Positions 9,349 to 19,300 of a stretch of 64,000 bases of DNA are shown here, in pieces. How positions within the stretch are numbered: the stretch's first letter is position 1; every line of letters starts with the position of its first letter. Both the position numbers and the translations under genes were made by a program. The notes under the pieces were generated by a model that saw only the letters and a list, made by a program, of their open reading frames with translations, was not told the DNA's origin and made no database searches. Source of the stretch: a virus. Lineage: Duplodnaviria; Caudoviricetes. Location: positions 1 through 64,000 of the IMG/VR virus record IMGVR_UViG_2935124990_000001, one strand, 5' to 3'.

Positions 9349-9452
9349 GGCGTTCTCCTACGTGATGTGACGGTGGGTTACGGGCTGGGGCGGGGTGCCG
9401 GTCTCGGCCCGGTGGCGGTGTCGAAGATGTCCGATTCCAGGCACTCCAGGGG

Positions 9453-9809
9453 TCACGCTGCGTTGCCCCACCCCTGGTTTGCGCCCTCCGGCACCACCAC
9501 GTCGGACAGGTCCAGCAGCCCCAACCGCAGGGCGACCGCCACCGCCTGCGCCCGGTCACCGACCCGCAGCTTCCGGAACGCCGACTGCATCCGCGACGCC
9601 ACCGCCTCCGTGCCGATACCGAGGTGGTGGGCGATGTTCTGGTTGGTGGCCCCGTTCGCGGCGAGGCGCAGCACGTCGAGTTCGCGGGCGGTGACGTACG
9701 TACGGGCCTGCTTCGGCCGGCGCGGCAGGGCGCGTGCGGGGTGCGGAGAAACTGCGGGCCCGCCACCCGAAGGCGACGGGACCGTGGAGGCGGGAGCGGC
9801 GGCGGTCAC
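9453..9809 (-). CDS. Stand-alone LuxR-family HTH regulator
   Basis: TARELDVLRLAANGATNQNIAHHLGIGTEAV...KLRVGDRAQAVAVALRLG. Confidence 0.88.
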   Translation of the reverse strand: MTAAAPASTVPSPSGGGPAVSPHPARALPRRPKQARTYVTARELDVLRLAANGATNQNIAHHLGIGTEAVASRMQSAFRKLRVGDRAQAVAVALRLGLLDLSDVVVPEGANQGWGNAA

Positions 9810-10318
9810 GGGATGGCCTCCAGCATCGGAACGGGGAAGACCTCCGGGTGCTCGGCCTTCCACGCAGCCCAGTCCTTGCTCGGGTACTTGGTGTGCATGG
9901 AGTGGTCACGGTCCATGACCTGCACAAGGCTGAGCGGACCGACCTTCGCGTCGTCGTACTGACCGCCGCGCAGCCGGGGAGCAGCGGGAACCCAGTACGG
10001 GCCGTACTGCCACGTGTCGACGCGGTAGGACCAATCACCTTCCCCCCACTTGTGGAAGATGCGGGTCACCGCGTCGACGTCCAGGGCGCGCTCCATGAGC
10101 TTTGCCTTGTACCGCTCGTTGAACCATCGCTCCTTGTACGCCTCGATGTAGGAGGCGAGCTGCCGGGCTTCAAGGTCGGTGGGTCGGGCTTCGGAGTCAC
10201 GGTCGAAGGTGGCGATGTACCGCCACATCGGGTGGGTGCCGGTGACGGGGATGCGGAGCTCGGTCAGCGGGTCATCGCGGTCAGCGTCGGTACCGAACGG
10301 CCAGGCCTTGTCGCTCAT
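9806..10318 (-). CDS. Hypothetical protein
   Basis: Coupled ORF starting MSDKAWPFG. Confidence 0.7.
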   Translation of the reverse strand: MSDKAWPFGTDADRDDPLTELRIPVTGTHPMWRYIATFDRDSEARPTDLEARQLASYIEAYKERWFNERYKAKLMERALDVDAVTRIFHKWGEGDWSYRVDTWQYGPYWVPAAPRLRGGQYDDAKVGPLSLVQVMDRDHSMHTKYPSKDWAAWKAEHPEVFPVPMLEAIP

Positions 10319-10716
10319 GCGGCACCGTCCAGCAGCGGGTTGACCTTGGGGTGGGTGTAGCGGATCGACATACCCAGGGACGCCGCGTACCGGATCTCCG
10401 CCCGGGTGCTGTCGCCGATGTAGTCCCCCACCACCAGGACCTCGTCCGCCAACCGGATCTTCGCCCGGTGCAGGGCGTCGAGGCGGGCCTTGAGCGGCTC
10501 GGCCTGCGCCTCCGTCGCCCACAGGGCGTGGGGTTCCTTCATGTTGCAGCCCGGCGCGACCACGATGTGGCCGGCTGCGGTCTCCCGGAGGTTCGCCTCG
10601 TGCATGTCGGCCATGAACCGGGTGCTGCCGCAGATGACGACGATGCGGGGGATGTCGAGGGCCTGCTTGCCCTGTTCGAGCTTCTCTTCGGCGGTGAGGT
10701 ACTGCGGGTACGGCAT
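10315..10716 (-). CDS. Nucleoside deoxyribosyltransferase-like Rossmann-fold protein
   Basis: VICGSTRF...HRAKIRLADEVLVV..YIGDSTRAEIRYA. Confidence 0.65.
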   Translation of the reverse strand: MPYPQYLTAEEKLEQGKQALDIPRIVVICGSTRFMADMHEANLRETAAGHIVVAPGCNMKEPHALWATEAQAEPLKARLDALHRAKIRLADEVLVVGDYIGDSTRAEIRYAASLGMSIRYTHPKVNPLLDGAA

Positions 10717-10718
10717 GG

Positions 10719-11108
10719 TCAGTTCTCCTTCGGTGCATTGGCGATGGCCAGCAGCAGGTTGATGTGGCAGGGCAGGGTGTCGGCGCACCAGCACATGAGG
10801 TCCCGCCCCGCGAGGTCGCGTCGGGCGCGTTCGAGGAGCTGCGGGTGGGCGTGAACCCACATCTCGTACAGCTCGACGGCGAGGGCGTGGGCGTCGCGCT
10901 GGTCGTCCGCCGGGATGAAGTCGGCGAGGCCGAGGGGCCGATGCTGGTTGGCGTGCCCTGCCCACTGGACGGCCCATCCGGTGCCGCTGTTCGTCTGTAC
11001 GACGGCCCACGGGTTCCCGAACGGCGTGCCACGCCCGACGTAGGCGGCCCCCTCGGGAGCGCGCCAGCCCTTCGTGCGGCGACGCTGGATACGGGCAGGC
11101 ATGGCCAT
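10719..11108 (-). CDS. DUF4326-family protein
   Basis: YVGRGTPFGNPW and LAGRDLMCWC...CH. Confidence 0.85.
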   Translation of the reverse strand: MAMPARIQRRRTKGWRAPEGAAYVGRGTPFGNPWAVVQTNSGTGWAVQWAGHANQHRPLGLADFIPADDQRDAHALAVELYEMWVHAHPQLLERARRDLAGRDLMCWCADTLPCHINLLLAIANAPKEN

Positions 11109-11156
11109 CACTGCTCCTTCGGGGCAGCGGGCGGGAGCCCGTTGATGGTCATCGGT

Positions 11157-11279
11157 CTACTCCTCGTCGTCGAGAGCGGCTCCGCAGCGGCGGCACTCGT
11201 ACCCGGCCCCGTCGTCCCAGAAGTCGTGATCGACGTAGCTTCCGCTGCTGCTCTGGCATGCGGTCTCGGTCTCACCCAT
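11157..11279 (-). CDS. 40-aa zinc-ribbon microprotein (not in ORF track)
   Basis: MGETETACQSSSGSYVDHDFWDDGAGYECRRCGAALDDEE; GAGGAG RBS. Confidence 0.6.
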   Translation of the reverse strand: MGETETACQSSSGSYVDHDFWDDGAGYECRRCGAALDDEE

Positions 11280-11385
11280 CAGTCACTCCTCGCCTCGGTC
11301 GTATCGAGCGTCCCAGTACCGGTCGTCGGCCTGGGCTGTTTCGCGTGCGGTGTCCTCCCACGGCGGCAACGGGGCCGGTCAGGGG

Positions 11386-11490
11386 TCAGGCGGTGTAGTC
11401 GTCGGACGGGTCGGACGGGGTGCCCATCTGGCTGGTGCAGTTGGTGTCGTGTCCGCAGGTGTTGCAGCAGGTGCCGCAGTCGCAGTCCAT
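11386..11490 (-). CDS. 34-aa Cys-rich microprotein
   Basis: MDCDCGTCCNTCGHDTNC...; AAGGGG RBS; first gene after an operator-containing promoter. Confidence 0.55.
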   Translation of the reverse strand: MDCDCGTCCNTCGHDTNCTSQMGTPSDPSDDYTA

Positions 11491-11540
11491 GTGGGTCCCC
11501 TTTGGGGTGGTTGGTGCGGTGGTACCACCATACCCAGTTC

Positions 11541-11559
11541 CGTATTGCATAGCAATACG
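11541..11559 (-). promoter_or_regulatory. Operator CGTATTGC-N3-GCAATACG over the -35 of promoter TTGCTA-N17-TATGGT
   Basis: Perfect 8-bp arms; copies at 18051 and 32734. Confidence 0.85.
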
Positions 11560-11643
11560 TTTCAGGGTGCACGAGTGACCCCGGGCACGACAAAGGGCCC
11601 GACCCCCGAAGAGACCGGACCCTCGCCGTACGCTCAACACCCC

Positions 11644-12189
11644 CTAGAACGGCGGCTCATCCGAGTAACTCCCGCCCTGGGAACCACCCCACCCACCACC
11701 CGCCGGCGCACCGCCCGATGCCCCCGGGGTGCCCGACGCCCACGGATCCTCCGCCGACACCCGACCCTGCTCCTGCCGCGCCCGCTGAAACTCCTCCCGC
11801 CCCTGACCACCCGAGCCGTTCGAGCTGGCCCTCGTCACCACCGCCGTCGCGCTCTTCAAGCTCGGCCCGACCTCCTCCACATCCAGCTCGTACACCGTGC
11901 GCTTCACACCCTCACGGTCCTCGTACGACCGCTGCTTCAACCGACCCTGCACGATCACCCGCATGCCCTTCTGCAACGTCTCCGCGGCGTTCTCCGCCGC
12001 CTGCCGCCACACCGAGCACGACAGGAACAGGCCGTCCTTCGCGTCCTCCCACGCGTTCGTCTCCCGGTTGAACGTCCGCGGCACGGACGCCACCCGGAAC
12101 TTCGCCACCGCCGCACCGGACGGGGTGAACCGCAGCTCAGGGTCATCCACCAGGTTCCCCACCACAGTGATCACCGTCTCGCCTGCCAT
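11644..12189 (-). CDS. ssb: Single-stranded DNA-binding protein
   Basis: [25 protein letters not shown]; acidic tail DEPPF. Confidence 0.97.
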   Translation of the reverse strand: MAGETVITVVGNLVDDPELRFTPSGAAVAKFRVASVPRTFNRETNAWEDAKDGLFLSCSVWRQAAENAAETLQKGMRVIVQGRLKQRSYEDREGVKRTVYELDVEEVGPSLKSATAVVTRASSNGSGGQGREEFQRARQEQGRVSAEDPWASGTPGASGGAPAGGGWGGSQGGSYSDEPPF

Positions 12190-12250
12190 GCCGTACTCCT
12201 TCTCTGGGTAGAACGGGGCCCAGGCAGGCCCCGCCAAATGTGATTGACGC

Positions 12251-12805
12251 TCAGGACGCTTCACGGATGTCGCCGACGGCCACCGGAGGCAGCCACCGCC
12301 CCTCCGCCCGGGCCCGCGTCTTCGCCCTGTCCCACGCCCGCTTCACCGACCCCCGGTCCATCCCGAGGCGCTCCGCAACGTCGTCGTACGTCATGCCCCG
12401 CCGGATACCGGTCTCGATCGCGAGGCGCCGCTCGTCCCGGTTCAGCTCCACGGCCGGACCCGGGCCCAGGGCGCGCAGTACCGCAGACGTGTCGATGCCG
12501 TACCCCTTCGGCTTCACCACCGGGGCCGCATCCCGCACCGTGCGGACCACCGACAGCGGCGGGGCGGCCGGCTGCCCGTGCTCGTCGAACGTCACCCATG
12601 ACAGGGCGTCCTTCAAGCCGCGGTCCGGGTCCGCCAACGCGGCCAGGAGGACCGTGACCGCCTCCAGTTCGTGCCGGGTCAGGCCACGCAGCCGGGTCTT
12701 GATGTCGTCCGCCGATCCCTCGTGCACGTCCACCACTAGGCCGGCAGCTTCGGGCAGGAGCGCTTCGACCATGTCGCCACGCTGCTCTACGGTCAGGGCG
12801 GTCAT
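12251..12805 (-). CDS. HTH DNA-binding protein (sigma region 4-like)
   Basis: [26 protein letters not shown]. Confidence 0.7.
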   Translation of the reverse strand: MTALTVEQRGDMVEALLPEAAGLVVDVHEGSADDIKTRLRGLTRHELEAVTVLLAALADPDRGLKDALSWVTFDEHGQPAAPPLSVVRTVRDAAPVVKPKGYGIDTSAVLRALGPGPAVELNRDERRLAIETGIRRGMTYDDVAERLGMDRGSVKRAWDRAKTRARAEGRWLPPVAVGDIREAS

Positions 12806-13287
12806 GACGCCACCGCCTCGGACGCCGCGTCCAGCTGGGCCCGCTCGTCGAGGAGCGCGAGGACGGTGTTCACCGTCTGCACGTTCGTCCCCAACGCCCG
12901 CGCCACCTTCCCCTTACTCTCCCCCGACGCCATCGCCGCCTCGAACTCCGCCAAACGGTCCTTGATGATCCGCTCCGCCATCGGCGGGTCCTGCGTGTCA
13001 TACCGGCGAACCCGACGGTGCAGGAGACGCCGCTCGTTCTCCGACAGCCCACCCCACACCCCAGAGTCCTGCCGGGTCTCCAACGCCCAGTCCAGGCATT
13101 GCTGCGAAACGGGGCAGCCGGCGCACACCTTCTTCGCCTCGGCGACCTGGGCGAGCGGCCGGTTCTCGGCCCGGGCGGGAAAGAACAGTTCGGGGTCGAC
13201 TTCGGCGCAGGCGGCGCTGTATCGCCAGTCCCGGCCAGGCGCGGCGATTGTTGTGTCGCGGCGGGCTTCGAGGTTGAGGATCGTCAT
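12802..13287 (-). CDS. whiB: WhiB-family Fe-S transcription factor with C-terminal HTH
   Basis: AAC..DPELFF..AKKVCAGCPVSQQC..GVWGGLSENERR. Confidence 0.93.
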   Translation of the reverse strand: MTILNLEARRDTTIAAPGRDWRYSAACAEVDPELFFPARAENRPLAQVAEAKKVCAGCPVSQQCLDWALETRQDSGVWGGLSENERRLLHRRVRRYDTQDPPMAERIIKDRLAEFEAAMASGESKGKVARALGTNVQTVNTVLALLDERAQLDAASEAVAS

Positions 13288-13814
13288 GAGGGATCTCCGA
13301 GGGTGTAGAGGCGGATGGTGGCGCCGGGCTGGTCGAGGGCGTCGGGGTGTTCGCCGGGGAACGTCTTGGTGGCGGTGACGCGGATGATGCGGGAGTCGTC
13401 GGTGACGGCCCCGGCGTCGGCGATGCCGTCGAAGGTGGAGCGGATGAGCTTGTCGACGTCTCCGCTGTGCCGGGTGGTGGGCCAGGTGCGGCGGCGCTTG
13501 GGGGCGGACGCGGGCTTGAGGACGGTGAAGACGATTTCGGCTTCGAGGGGCCCGTCGAGGGGCTGCACGCCGCCCATGGGGTAGCCGCCGTACTGCTTGA
13601 TGTGGGCGGCGGTCATGGCGTTCGTGGTGGCGGTGGTGACGAGGTGGCGCCAGGGCTTGACGCGCTTGGACTGCTCGACGAGGACGGCGGACATGCGGCC
13701 GGAGGCGGCGTTGCGTCGGTGTCCGGCGTACTTCTTCGAGCCCTGAGGCGCTGGGCGGCCGTGAACGACAATGGTGAGGCGGAGGTGTCGTTCGAGGAGG
13801 GGCGCGGTGGTCAC
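13284..13814 (-). CDS. rusA: RusA-family Holliday junction resolvase
   Basis: PAPQGSK; GDVDKLIRSTFDGI..DDSRI. Confidence 0.9.
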   Translation of the reverse strand: MTTAPLLERHLRLTIVVHGRPAPQGSKKYAGHRRNAASGRMSAVLVEQSKRVKPWRHLVTTATTNAMTAAHIKQYGGYPMGGVQPLDGPLEAEIVFTVLKPASAPKRRRTWPTTRHSGDVDKLIRSTFDGIADAGAVTDDSRIIRVTATKTFPGEHPDALDQPGATIRLYTLGDPS

Positions 13815-14203
13815 GAGGTCACCGCCTGCTGAACGAGGACGACGTCCAGGACGTCGGCCGGTGGGGTCCAGAAGCCGAGGGCACCCTTGGCAGGTACGGG
13901 CTTGGGGAGGGCGGTGACGTCGGCGAGTTCCCAGTGGTAGATGTTGGCGAAGCCCCAGGAGCCGCAGCAGGTGCCGTCGTCGGACCAGTGGTATCCGATG
14001 ATCGTGGCGATGCCGATGATTGCGCCGTAGTCGCCGAGGTTCGGGCCGTAGACCTGGGCGTTCTTGTCGAGCTGGGTTCCGGCGTGGATGAGGATGCGGG
14101 TTCCGTGGTGGGCGGCGGGGAGTTTCCAGCTGCGGTTCTCGACGCGCTTGGTCTGGTGGACGATGGCGCCGGCCCAGGGCTGTCGGATGGTGAGGGCTTT
14201 CAT
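13811..14203 (-). CDS. ASCH-domain protein
   Basis: MKALTIRQPWA..KRVENRSW..ILIHAG..KGALGFW. Confidence 0.88.
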   Translation of the reverse strand: MKALTIRQPWAGAIVHQTKRVENRSWKLPAAHHGTRILIHAGTQLDKNAQVYGPNLGDYGAIIGIATIIGYHWSDDGTCCGSWGFANIYHWELADVTALPKPVPAKGALGFWTPPADVLDVVLVQQAVTS

Positions 14204-14421
14204 GTGGCGTACTCCTGGATGTGGATGGGGCCGTGGGGTCCGACGCGGAGGTAGGTGGCGTGGCCTGCGGTGTGGCCGACGTGGACGCCTAGGCAGTAGT
14301 CGCAGCGGTAGGTGTGGAAGCGGGGTCCGCCTTCGCCGCGTATCTGCCTGGCGCGTCGGCGGGCGGTGCGCCGGCTGGGGAAGCGTGTTTTGCCGAGGCA
14401 GGAGGCTTCGTACTCAGTCAT
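14200..14421 (-). CDS. Small zinc-binding phage protein
   Basis: CLGKTRF...YRCDYCLGVHVGH. Confidence 0.7.
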   Translation of the reverse strand: MTEYEASCLGKTRFPSRRTARRRARQIRGEGGPRFHTYRCDYCLGVHVGHTAGHATYLRVGPHGPIHIQEYAT

Positions 14422-14761
14422 CGCGGGTTTGGGTGATGGCGATGGTGAGGGGCACGGCGCCGTCGGCGTGGGGTGCGCAGGTGGTCCAGGTGCCGGCCAC
14501 GAGGTGGGCGTGCCAGTGGTGGGCGCGGTCGGCGTAGTAGCGGCCGGGGAGGATGGCGTCGGCTTCGAGGGCGAAGGCCTGGGGGTTGTGGTGGCCTACG
14601 CGGATGAGGTTGCCGTTCCAGATGCGCCATCCGGGGTGGTTGGGGTGGGGGCGGCCGAGCTGGTTGTCACCGTTCTCGGCGAGGACGAGGGCGTTGACGT
14701 TCTGCTGGGCGAGGGCTGCGCCGAGGATTACGAGGTAGGTCTGGTCGGGCCTCTTAGCCAC
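14414..14761 (-). CDS. Hypothetical protein
   Basis: GTG start after GGAGG; overlaps neighbours. Confidence 0.6.
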   Translation of the reverse strand: MAKRPDQTYLVILGAALAQQNVNALVLAENGDNQLGRPHPNHPGWRIWNGNLIRVGHHNPQAFALEADAILPGRYYADRAHHWHAHLVAGTWTTCAPHADGAVPLTIAITQTRDD

Positions 14762-15725
14762 GGGGTGCCTCCGTGGTGGGGTACTCGCGGACGCGGAGGT
14801 TGGCCGGCCAGTAGGTGGGGTCGCCGCCCTTGGTGTCGCCGTGTGCTGCGACGCTCTTGCCAGCCCAGTAGGTGTCGCGGGCCCAGACGGTGCCGAGCTG
14901 CTTGACGAAGGGGGCTGCTCCGGCAGCGCGGGAGTCCTCGATGAGGTTCGTGGCCCAGGCGGTCTGGAAGGGGCGGGCTCCGGGGCCGGATTCGCCGCCG
15001 ATGATGACCCAGTCGATGCCGAGCCGGGCGGGCCCGGTGGTGCGCCACGGGACGGTCTGCTCGTCGGTGGAGCAGTCGAGGCAGATCCAGTCTCCGTCCC
15101 AGTCCCGTGCGTGCTGGGAGTGGTCGGTGTCGAAGAACCTGACGGGTCCGAGGAGGGGTTCGCAGGAGAGGAACCGGACGGCGGCCGGAGTGTCGATGAG
15201 TGCGGGGATGCGGAGGTCGGCGCGCTTCTGGTCTTCGACGCTGACGCCGAGCCACACGTTGGGGAGCGGCCAAGTCCAGGCGGCTTCCGGGTTCCGGCCG
15301 AAGACGGTTTCGGCGCGGTGGCGGGCCATGTGGGCGAACAGGGGGTCGTTGAGGAGGCTGCGCATGCGGCCGTGGCGCTTGGTGAGGATCTGGTAGGTGT
15401 GCTGGGGGGTGGCGGCCATGACGCCGAAGATGAGGTGGAGGTCGGCGGTGGTGATTCCGGCGTGGAACAGGTCGGACATGCTGTTGACGAAGACCTTGCG
15501 GGGCTTCTTCCAGCGGAGGGGCTCGCGGTAGGCGTCGGGGTGGGTGGTGATGCCGAAGCCGGGGCCGCTGGTGCGGGAGTCACCGTCGGTCTGGTACTTG
15601 GCGGAGCCCATGCCCTTGAGGCGCTTGGCCATGGTGAGGGCGTAGCAGTTGTCGCAGCCGGGGCTGATGCGGTCGCACCCGGTAGTCGGATTCCAGGTCT
15701 GCTCGGTCCATTGGATGGCGGTCAC
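14754..15725 (-). CDS. Phage Gp37/Gp68 (DUF5131) radical-SAM-like protein
   Basis: IQWTEQTWNPTTGCDRISPGCDNCYA, VNSMSDLFH, LTKR, SCEPLL, WVIIGGESG, FVKQLG. Confidence 0.93.
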   Translation of the reverse strand: MTAIQWTEQTWNPTTGCDRISPGCDNCYALTMAKRLKGMGSAKYQTDGDSRTSGPGFGITTHPDAYREPLRWKKPRKVFVNSMSDLFHAGITTADLHLIFGVMAATPQHTYQILTKRHGRMRSLLNDPLFAHMARHRAETVFGRNPEAAWTWPLPNVWLGVSVEDQKRADLRIPALIDTPAAVRFLSCEPLLGPVRFFDTDHSQHARDWDGDWICLDCSTDEQTVPWRTTGPARLGIDWVIIGGESGPGARPFQTAWATNLIEDSRAAGAAPFVKQLGTVWARDTYWAGKSVAAHGDTKGGDPTYWPANLRVREYPTTEAPRG

Positions 15726-16264
15726 TGGTTCGTCTCCTGGTGTCGTGCGGCGGCGCGGCCGTGGGCTTCGGCGGCGGCGAGGGCGATGTCGTAGCCGGGG
15801 GTGGTCTCGGCGGGGTGGGGCTGCGGCTGGCCAAGGGCGGCGTCGAGGATGGTGATAAGCCCGGCCAGGCCGGGGCTGACGGCGGTTGTGGTGGCTCCGG
15901 GCCCGCAGTCCCTGCAGGGCTCCAGGGCGGGCGGCTCGCCCAGGCTGTGGTCGCTGGGGCCTGAGCCGGGGTGGGAGTCCTCGGGGTCGATGCCCGTGTC
16001 GTCGCATCGGGCGCAGTCCGGGGTGTGGAGTGCCCACTGGCCGTTCGGGTGGCGGACGATCCAGTCGCCGAACTTGGCGACGATCCGGGTCTCCCCGGTG
16101 CCGATACGGAGGCCGGTGACGGTGGTCTCGCCGTCGATGTTCTCCCAGTAGCCCTTGGCGTAGATGCCGTCCTTGTCGACGGCGTCGTCGATGATGCCGA
16201 TGTTGTGGGGGGTGAGCTTCCAGGTGCGGCATCCTGCGGCGGGCAGCTCGGGGAGGGTGCTCAT
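15722..16264 (-). CDS. Hypothetical protein
   Basis: Coupled ORF; GDWIVR motif and CxxC pairs. Confidence 0.65.
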   Translation of the reverse strand: MSTLPELPAAGCRTWKLTPHNIGIIDDAVDKDGIYAKGYWENIDGETTVTGLRIGTGETRIVAKFGDWIVRHPNGQWALHTPDCARCDDTGIDPEDSHPGSGPSDHSLGEPPALEPCRDCGPGATTTAVSPGLAGLITILDAALGQPQPHPAETTPGYDIALAAAEAHGRAAARHQETNQ

Positions 16265-16512
16265 GCTGCGGTCTCCCAGTAGGCGTCGACGGTGACGAGG
16301 TGGCGGGTCTCGGCTTGGATTTCGCGGACGCGGGCGGCGTAGCCGAGGACGTAGTGGGTGTTGGGGTGGTGGTCGGTGAGGTAGCTGAGGCGGACGGTGA
16401 GGATGGGGAGGGGTGTTCCGGTCTGGTGGTCGTCGTAGGCGTCGGCGCGGCCGGCGTAGTAGGCGGGGTCGTTGCCGTGGAGGAGTGTGGGGGTGTGGGT
16501 GGTGGTGGTCAT
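16261..16512 (-). CDS. Hypothetical protein
   Basis: Coupled ORF with RBS. Confidence 0.65.
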   Translation of the reverse strand: MTTTTHTPTLLHGNDPAYYAGRADAYDDHQTGTPLPILTVRLSYLTDHHPNTHYVLGYAARVREIQAETRHLVTVDAYWETAA

Positions 16513-16567
16513 GGCGGGTCCTGTTCCGGTGTGGGGCCCGGGGTGTGGTGGCCCCGGGCGTCGGGGG

Positions 16568-17032
16568 TCAGGTGGTGCGGCCGGTCTTCTCGCGGAGGGT
16601 GATCACGGCCATGTCGAACAGGCACCGGATGCCGGTTGCCAGTGCTTCGGCGGCCTGCTCGTCGCCGGACTCGATCAGTGCGCGGAAGAGGGCGTATGCC
16701 GTCTGCCGGTCGTTGTTGCCCCACGCGGTGCTGAACTGCATGGCGAACCGGATGCCGGGCGGGGCTTCGTTGATGTCGCCGCGCTTCCCGGTGTCCGTGT
16801 TGAGCACGAGGAGTCCGAAGTGGCCGTCCTTCGGTAGCGCCTTCCGGGCTTCGGCTGCGGAGACCTCGGCGAGCGCGGAGCACAGGCTGACGGAGGAGCG
16901 TTCACCACCGGCGATGATCGAGTTGAGGAGCGGGAGGGCCTTCTCGGGGTGGCCGGTCATGCCGTGGGCGAGGGCGGCGAGGATGGTCTCGCTCGGGTCG
17001 GCCTGCGGCGTGGTGGGGATCTCGTGGGTCAT
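16568..17032 (-). CDS. Hypothetical protein
   Basis: TGATG overlap with upstream gene. Confidence 0.7.
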   Translation of the reverse strand: MTHEIPTTPQADPSETILAALAHGMTGHPEKALPLLNSIIAGGERSSVSLCSALAEVSAAEARKALPKDGHFGLLVLNTDTGKRGDINEAPPGIRFAMQFSTAWGNNDRQTAYALFRALIESGDEQAAEALATGIRCLFDMAVITLREKTGRTT

Positions 17033-17481
17033 CAGGCGGCGCTCCGTTCGGTGTGGTGGGGGAAGGCGGTGGTGCTGTCGGCGGCGGTGGCGGCGCGGAG
17101 GAGTACGCCGATGACCTCGGAGGTGGCCGGGGGCTGGGTGCCGAAGATGGGGGTGGTCATGGCCCAGTGGCAGACGTGCTCGATGTAGTCGGGCACGTCG
17201 TGGTCGGGGGTGATCTCGGTGACGGGGGGCTCGGTGCCGATCGCGGCGGAGAGGGCGCGGATGGCGGCCATGGCGTCGGCGCTGGCGGCGATGATCTCCA
17301 GCGAGGTGGCCTCGTCGGTGTAGAACTCGTCCGGCCCGGTGCCCTCGGCGGCCACGTAGATGGCGGCGGCCACGTCGATGGCGTTCGTGTTCCGGTCGGC
17401 GAACTGCTCGCCGGTGTGGAGCCCGAGGTGGTTGATGAGGTGGGCAGCGCGTCGGAGGGTTCCGGCAACGGTCATGGGCAT
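17032..17481 (-). CDS. Hypothetical protein (DUF6197-like)
   Basis: LRRAAHLI..G...EVIGVLLRAA pattern. Confidence 0.6.
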   Translation of the reverse strand: MPMTVAGTLRRAAHLINHLGLHTGEQFADRNTNAIDVAAAIYVAAEGTGPDEFYTDEATSLEIIAASADAMAAIRALSAAIGTEPPVTEITPDHDVPDYIEHVCHWAMTTPIFGTQPPATSEVIGVLLRAATAADSTTAFPHHTERSAA

Positions 17482-17632
17482 GGGTGTCTCCCGGGTGGGG
17501 TGGTTCTGGTGGTGGAGGTCTGCACCCGGCCCCGGGAGCTACTGCGCACCCAGTAGGTGTGGTGCTCGACTCGGGGCCGGGGTTGGCCCGTTCCTGCCAC
17601 GTCGCGGTTGGCAGGTACGGGGGCCGGTGGGG

Positions 17633-17977
17633 TTACTCGTTGCCGGTGCGGGGGTGCTCGTCGGCGCAGCCGATGCACTGGACGAACTCGACCGAACCGT
17701 CCATGTAGGTGCGGGCCTTGGCGGCGTCGAAGATGCGGTCGCAGTAGCAGCCCTGGCAGGTGCAGCGGGTGAGTTCGCCGGAGGCCGGGGGGCGGATGCC
17801 GATGAGGTGGATGACCTGGGCGTGGATGAGGGCGCTGGCGGTGAGTTCGCGGTGGTCGGCGTAGTCGTTGGCCTGGTCGAGGAGTTCGTCGACGCGGGTG
17901 GCGAGGGTGGTGGTGAGGTGGTGGGCGTGGATTTCGGAGGGCTGTGTGGGGGCGTGCGTCATCACGGCGTGGCCCAT
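17633..17977 (-). CDS. Cys-rich hypothetical protein
   Basis: AGGAGG RBS; CTC..CYC..CIGC; first gene after an operator-containing promoter. Confidence 0.7.
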   Translation of the reverse strand: MGHAVMTHAPTQPSEIHAHHLTTTLATRVDELLDQANDYADHRELTASALIHAQVIHLIGIRPPASGELTRCTCQGCYCDRIFDAAKARTYMDGSVEFVQCIGCADEHPRTGNE

Positions 17978-18050
17978 GGCGGCCTCCTGGTTGGGGTGGT
18001 GGTCCGGTGGGGTGTGTTCTCCCTTCCGGTGGCACCACAGTACCCATTCT

Positions 18051-18069
18051 CGTATTGCTATGCAATACG
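18051..18069 (-). promoter_or_regulatory. Operator CGTATTGC-N3-GCAATACG over the -35 of promoter TTGCAT-N17-TACTGT
   Basis: Perfect arms; flanks also resemble those of the 11541 copy. Confidence 0.85.
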
Positions 18070-18155
18070 TTTCGGGTGATGACATGAGAAAGCCCCCACC
18101 CCCCGGGGGAAAGGGGTGAGGGCTGGCCTCAAGGCGGTGCAGGGCGAGCGCAAGG

Positions 18156-18407
18156 TCAGGGTTCGTCGAAGCCCCTGGCCAGCACCCAGTCCCGGTGCGC
18201 CATCAGGATGTCGGAGTACGACACGTAGTCGCGGCGCCACCCGCCGGCCGACCGGCGTCGCACGGTGGGGAGGTCCTCGGCGGCGATCCAGCGGCGGATC
18301 GTGGACACGGACGCGGGGTGGCCCGTCTGGCCGAGAAGCTCAGCTATGTCCTGGAGGGGCATCAGGTCGTTCGGTGCCGGCGCGGGGATGAGGTGCTCGA
18401 TGGCCAT
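18156..18407 (-). CDS. Excisionase-like winged HTH protein
   Basis: LMPLQDIAELL..SVSTIRRWI. Confidence 0.7.
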   Translation of the reverse strand: MAIEHLIPAPAPNDLMPLQDIAELLGQTGHPASVSTIRRWIAAEDLPTVRRRSAGGWRRDYVSYSDILMAHRDWVLARGFDEP

Positions 18408-18542
18408 GTGGTACTCCCGGTGAGCGGGCGGCCATCGTTCGCAGCTCCGGCGGCCGTCACGGGTGTTGGGGCCCTGGAGCCCCTGAGGGTGTGTGATGAA
18501 GGTGTTGCGTGGGGGGTACTGGTTTGACCGTCGAGGTGCCGG

Positions 18543-19082
18543 TCAGGTTGCGTTGGACTTCCGGGCGAATTGCCGGGCGATGTGGTGGTGGGCGAGCGTC
18601 GCGAGGGGCCAGGTGTTGGAGAGGCCCTTGTCGTCGACGCAGTACCGGTTGATGCAGGCGGCCCGGTTGGCGGCGGTGCTCCAGAGGAGGCCCCAGCATC
18701 CGCAGGCGGGGCAGGGGTGCTGGTTCACGACGGTGGTGTCGCCGAGGTCGATGGCGTGTTCCAGGCCCTGCCGGTAGATCAGGGTTTCGCGGGCCTGCTG
18801 GTATTCGGCGTCGAGGTGGGCGGTGTGCTGCCTCGCCCAGTCATAGACGCGGGTGGCGTCGGCCGGGGTGGGGCCGGCGGGCCGGGTCCAGTCGGCGGCC
18901 CTGGTGTGCTCGACGACCTCGGCGACCGCGGTGTGGATGCGGTCGAGGACGTTGAGGTTGAGGGGTGCGGGTGAGGTGGTGCGGGTGGCGGTGCGTCCGT
19001 CACCGGGTCCGCGGCGCTCGTGCTGGGTGAACTCCGCCTGGAGGAGCCGGAGCCTGCGTTCGGTTGTGTTGTCTCCCAGCAT
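18543..19082 (-). CDS. Hypothetical zinc-ribbon protein
   Basis: CPACGC...CINRYC. Confidence 0.7.
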   Translation of the reverse strand: MLGDNTTERRLRLLQAEFTQHERRGPGDGRTATRTTSPAPLNLNVLDRIHTAVAEVVEHTRAADWTRPAGPTPADATRVYDWARQHTAHLDAEYQQARETLIYRQGLEHAIDLGDTTVVNQHPCPACGCWGLLWSTAANRAACINRYCVDDKGLSNTWPLATLAHHHIARQFARKSNAT

Positions 19083-19300
19083 GGTGTCCCCGTCCCACTG
19101 AGCCGGCCGGGGGCGCGGGGCGTACGGTGTGGGGCCGGGGCGCGCGCCGGTGGCCGGAGGTTGTCACTCCGGGTAGTTCCGGACGCCCCATGATGCCACT
19201 GATTCGTCCCGTGTTGAACAGAACGTGCCAAGTGATCTACGGGCTGTGTGTGACTGTTGCCGACTCGTCACCAATCCGCCCGCATTGCCAGGTGGCATAT

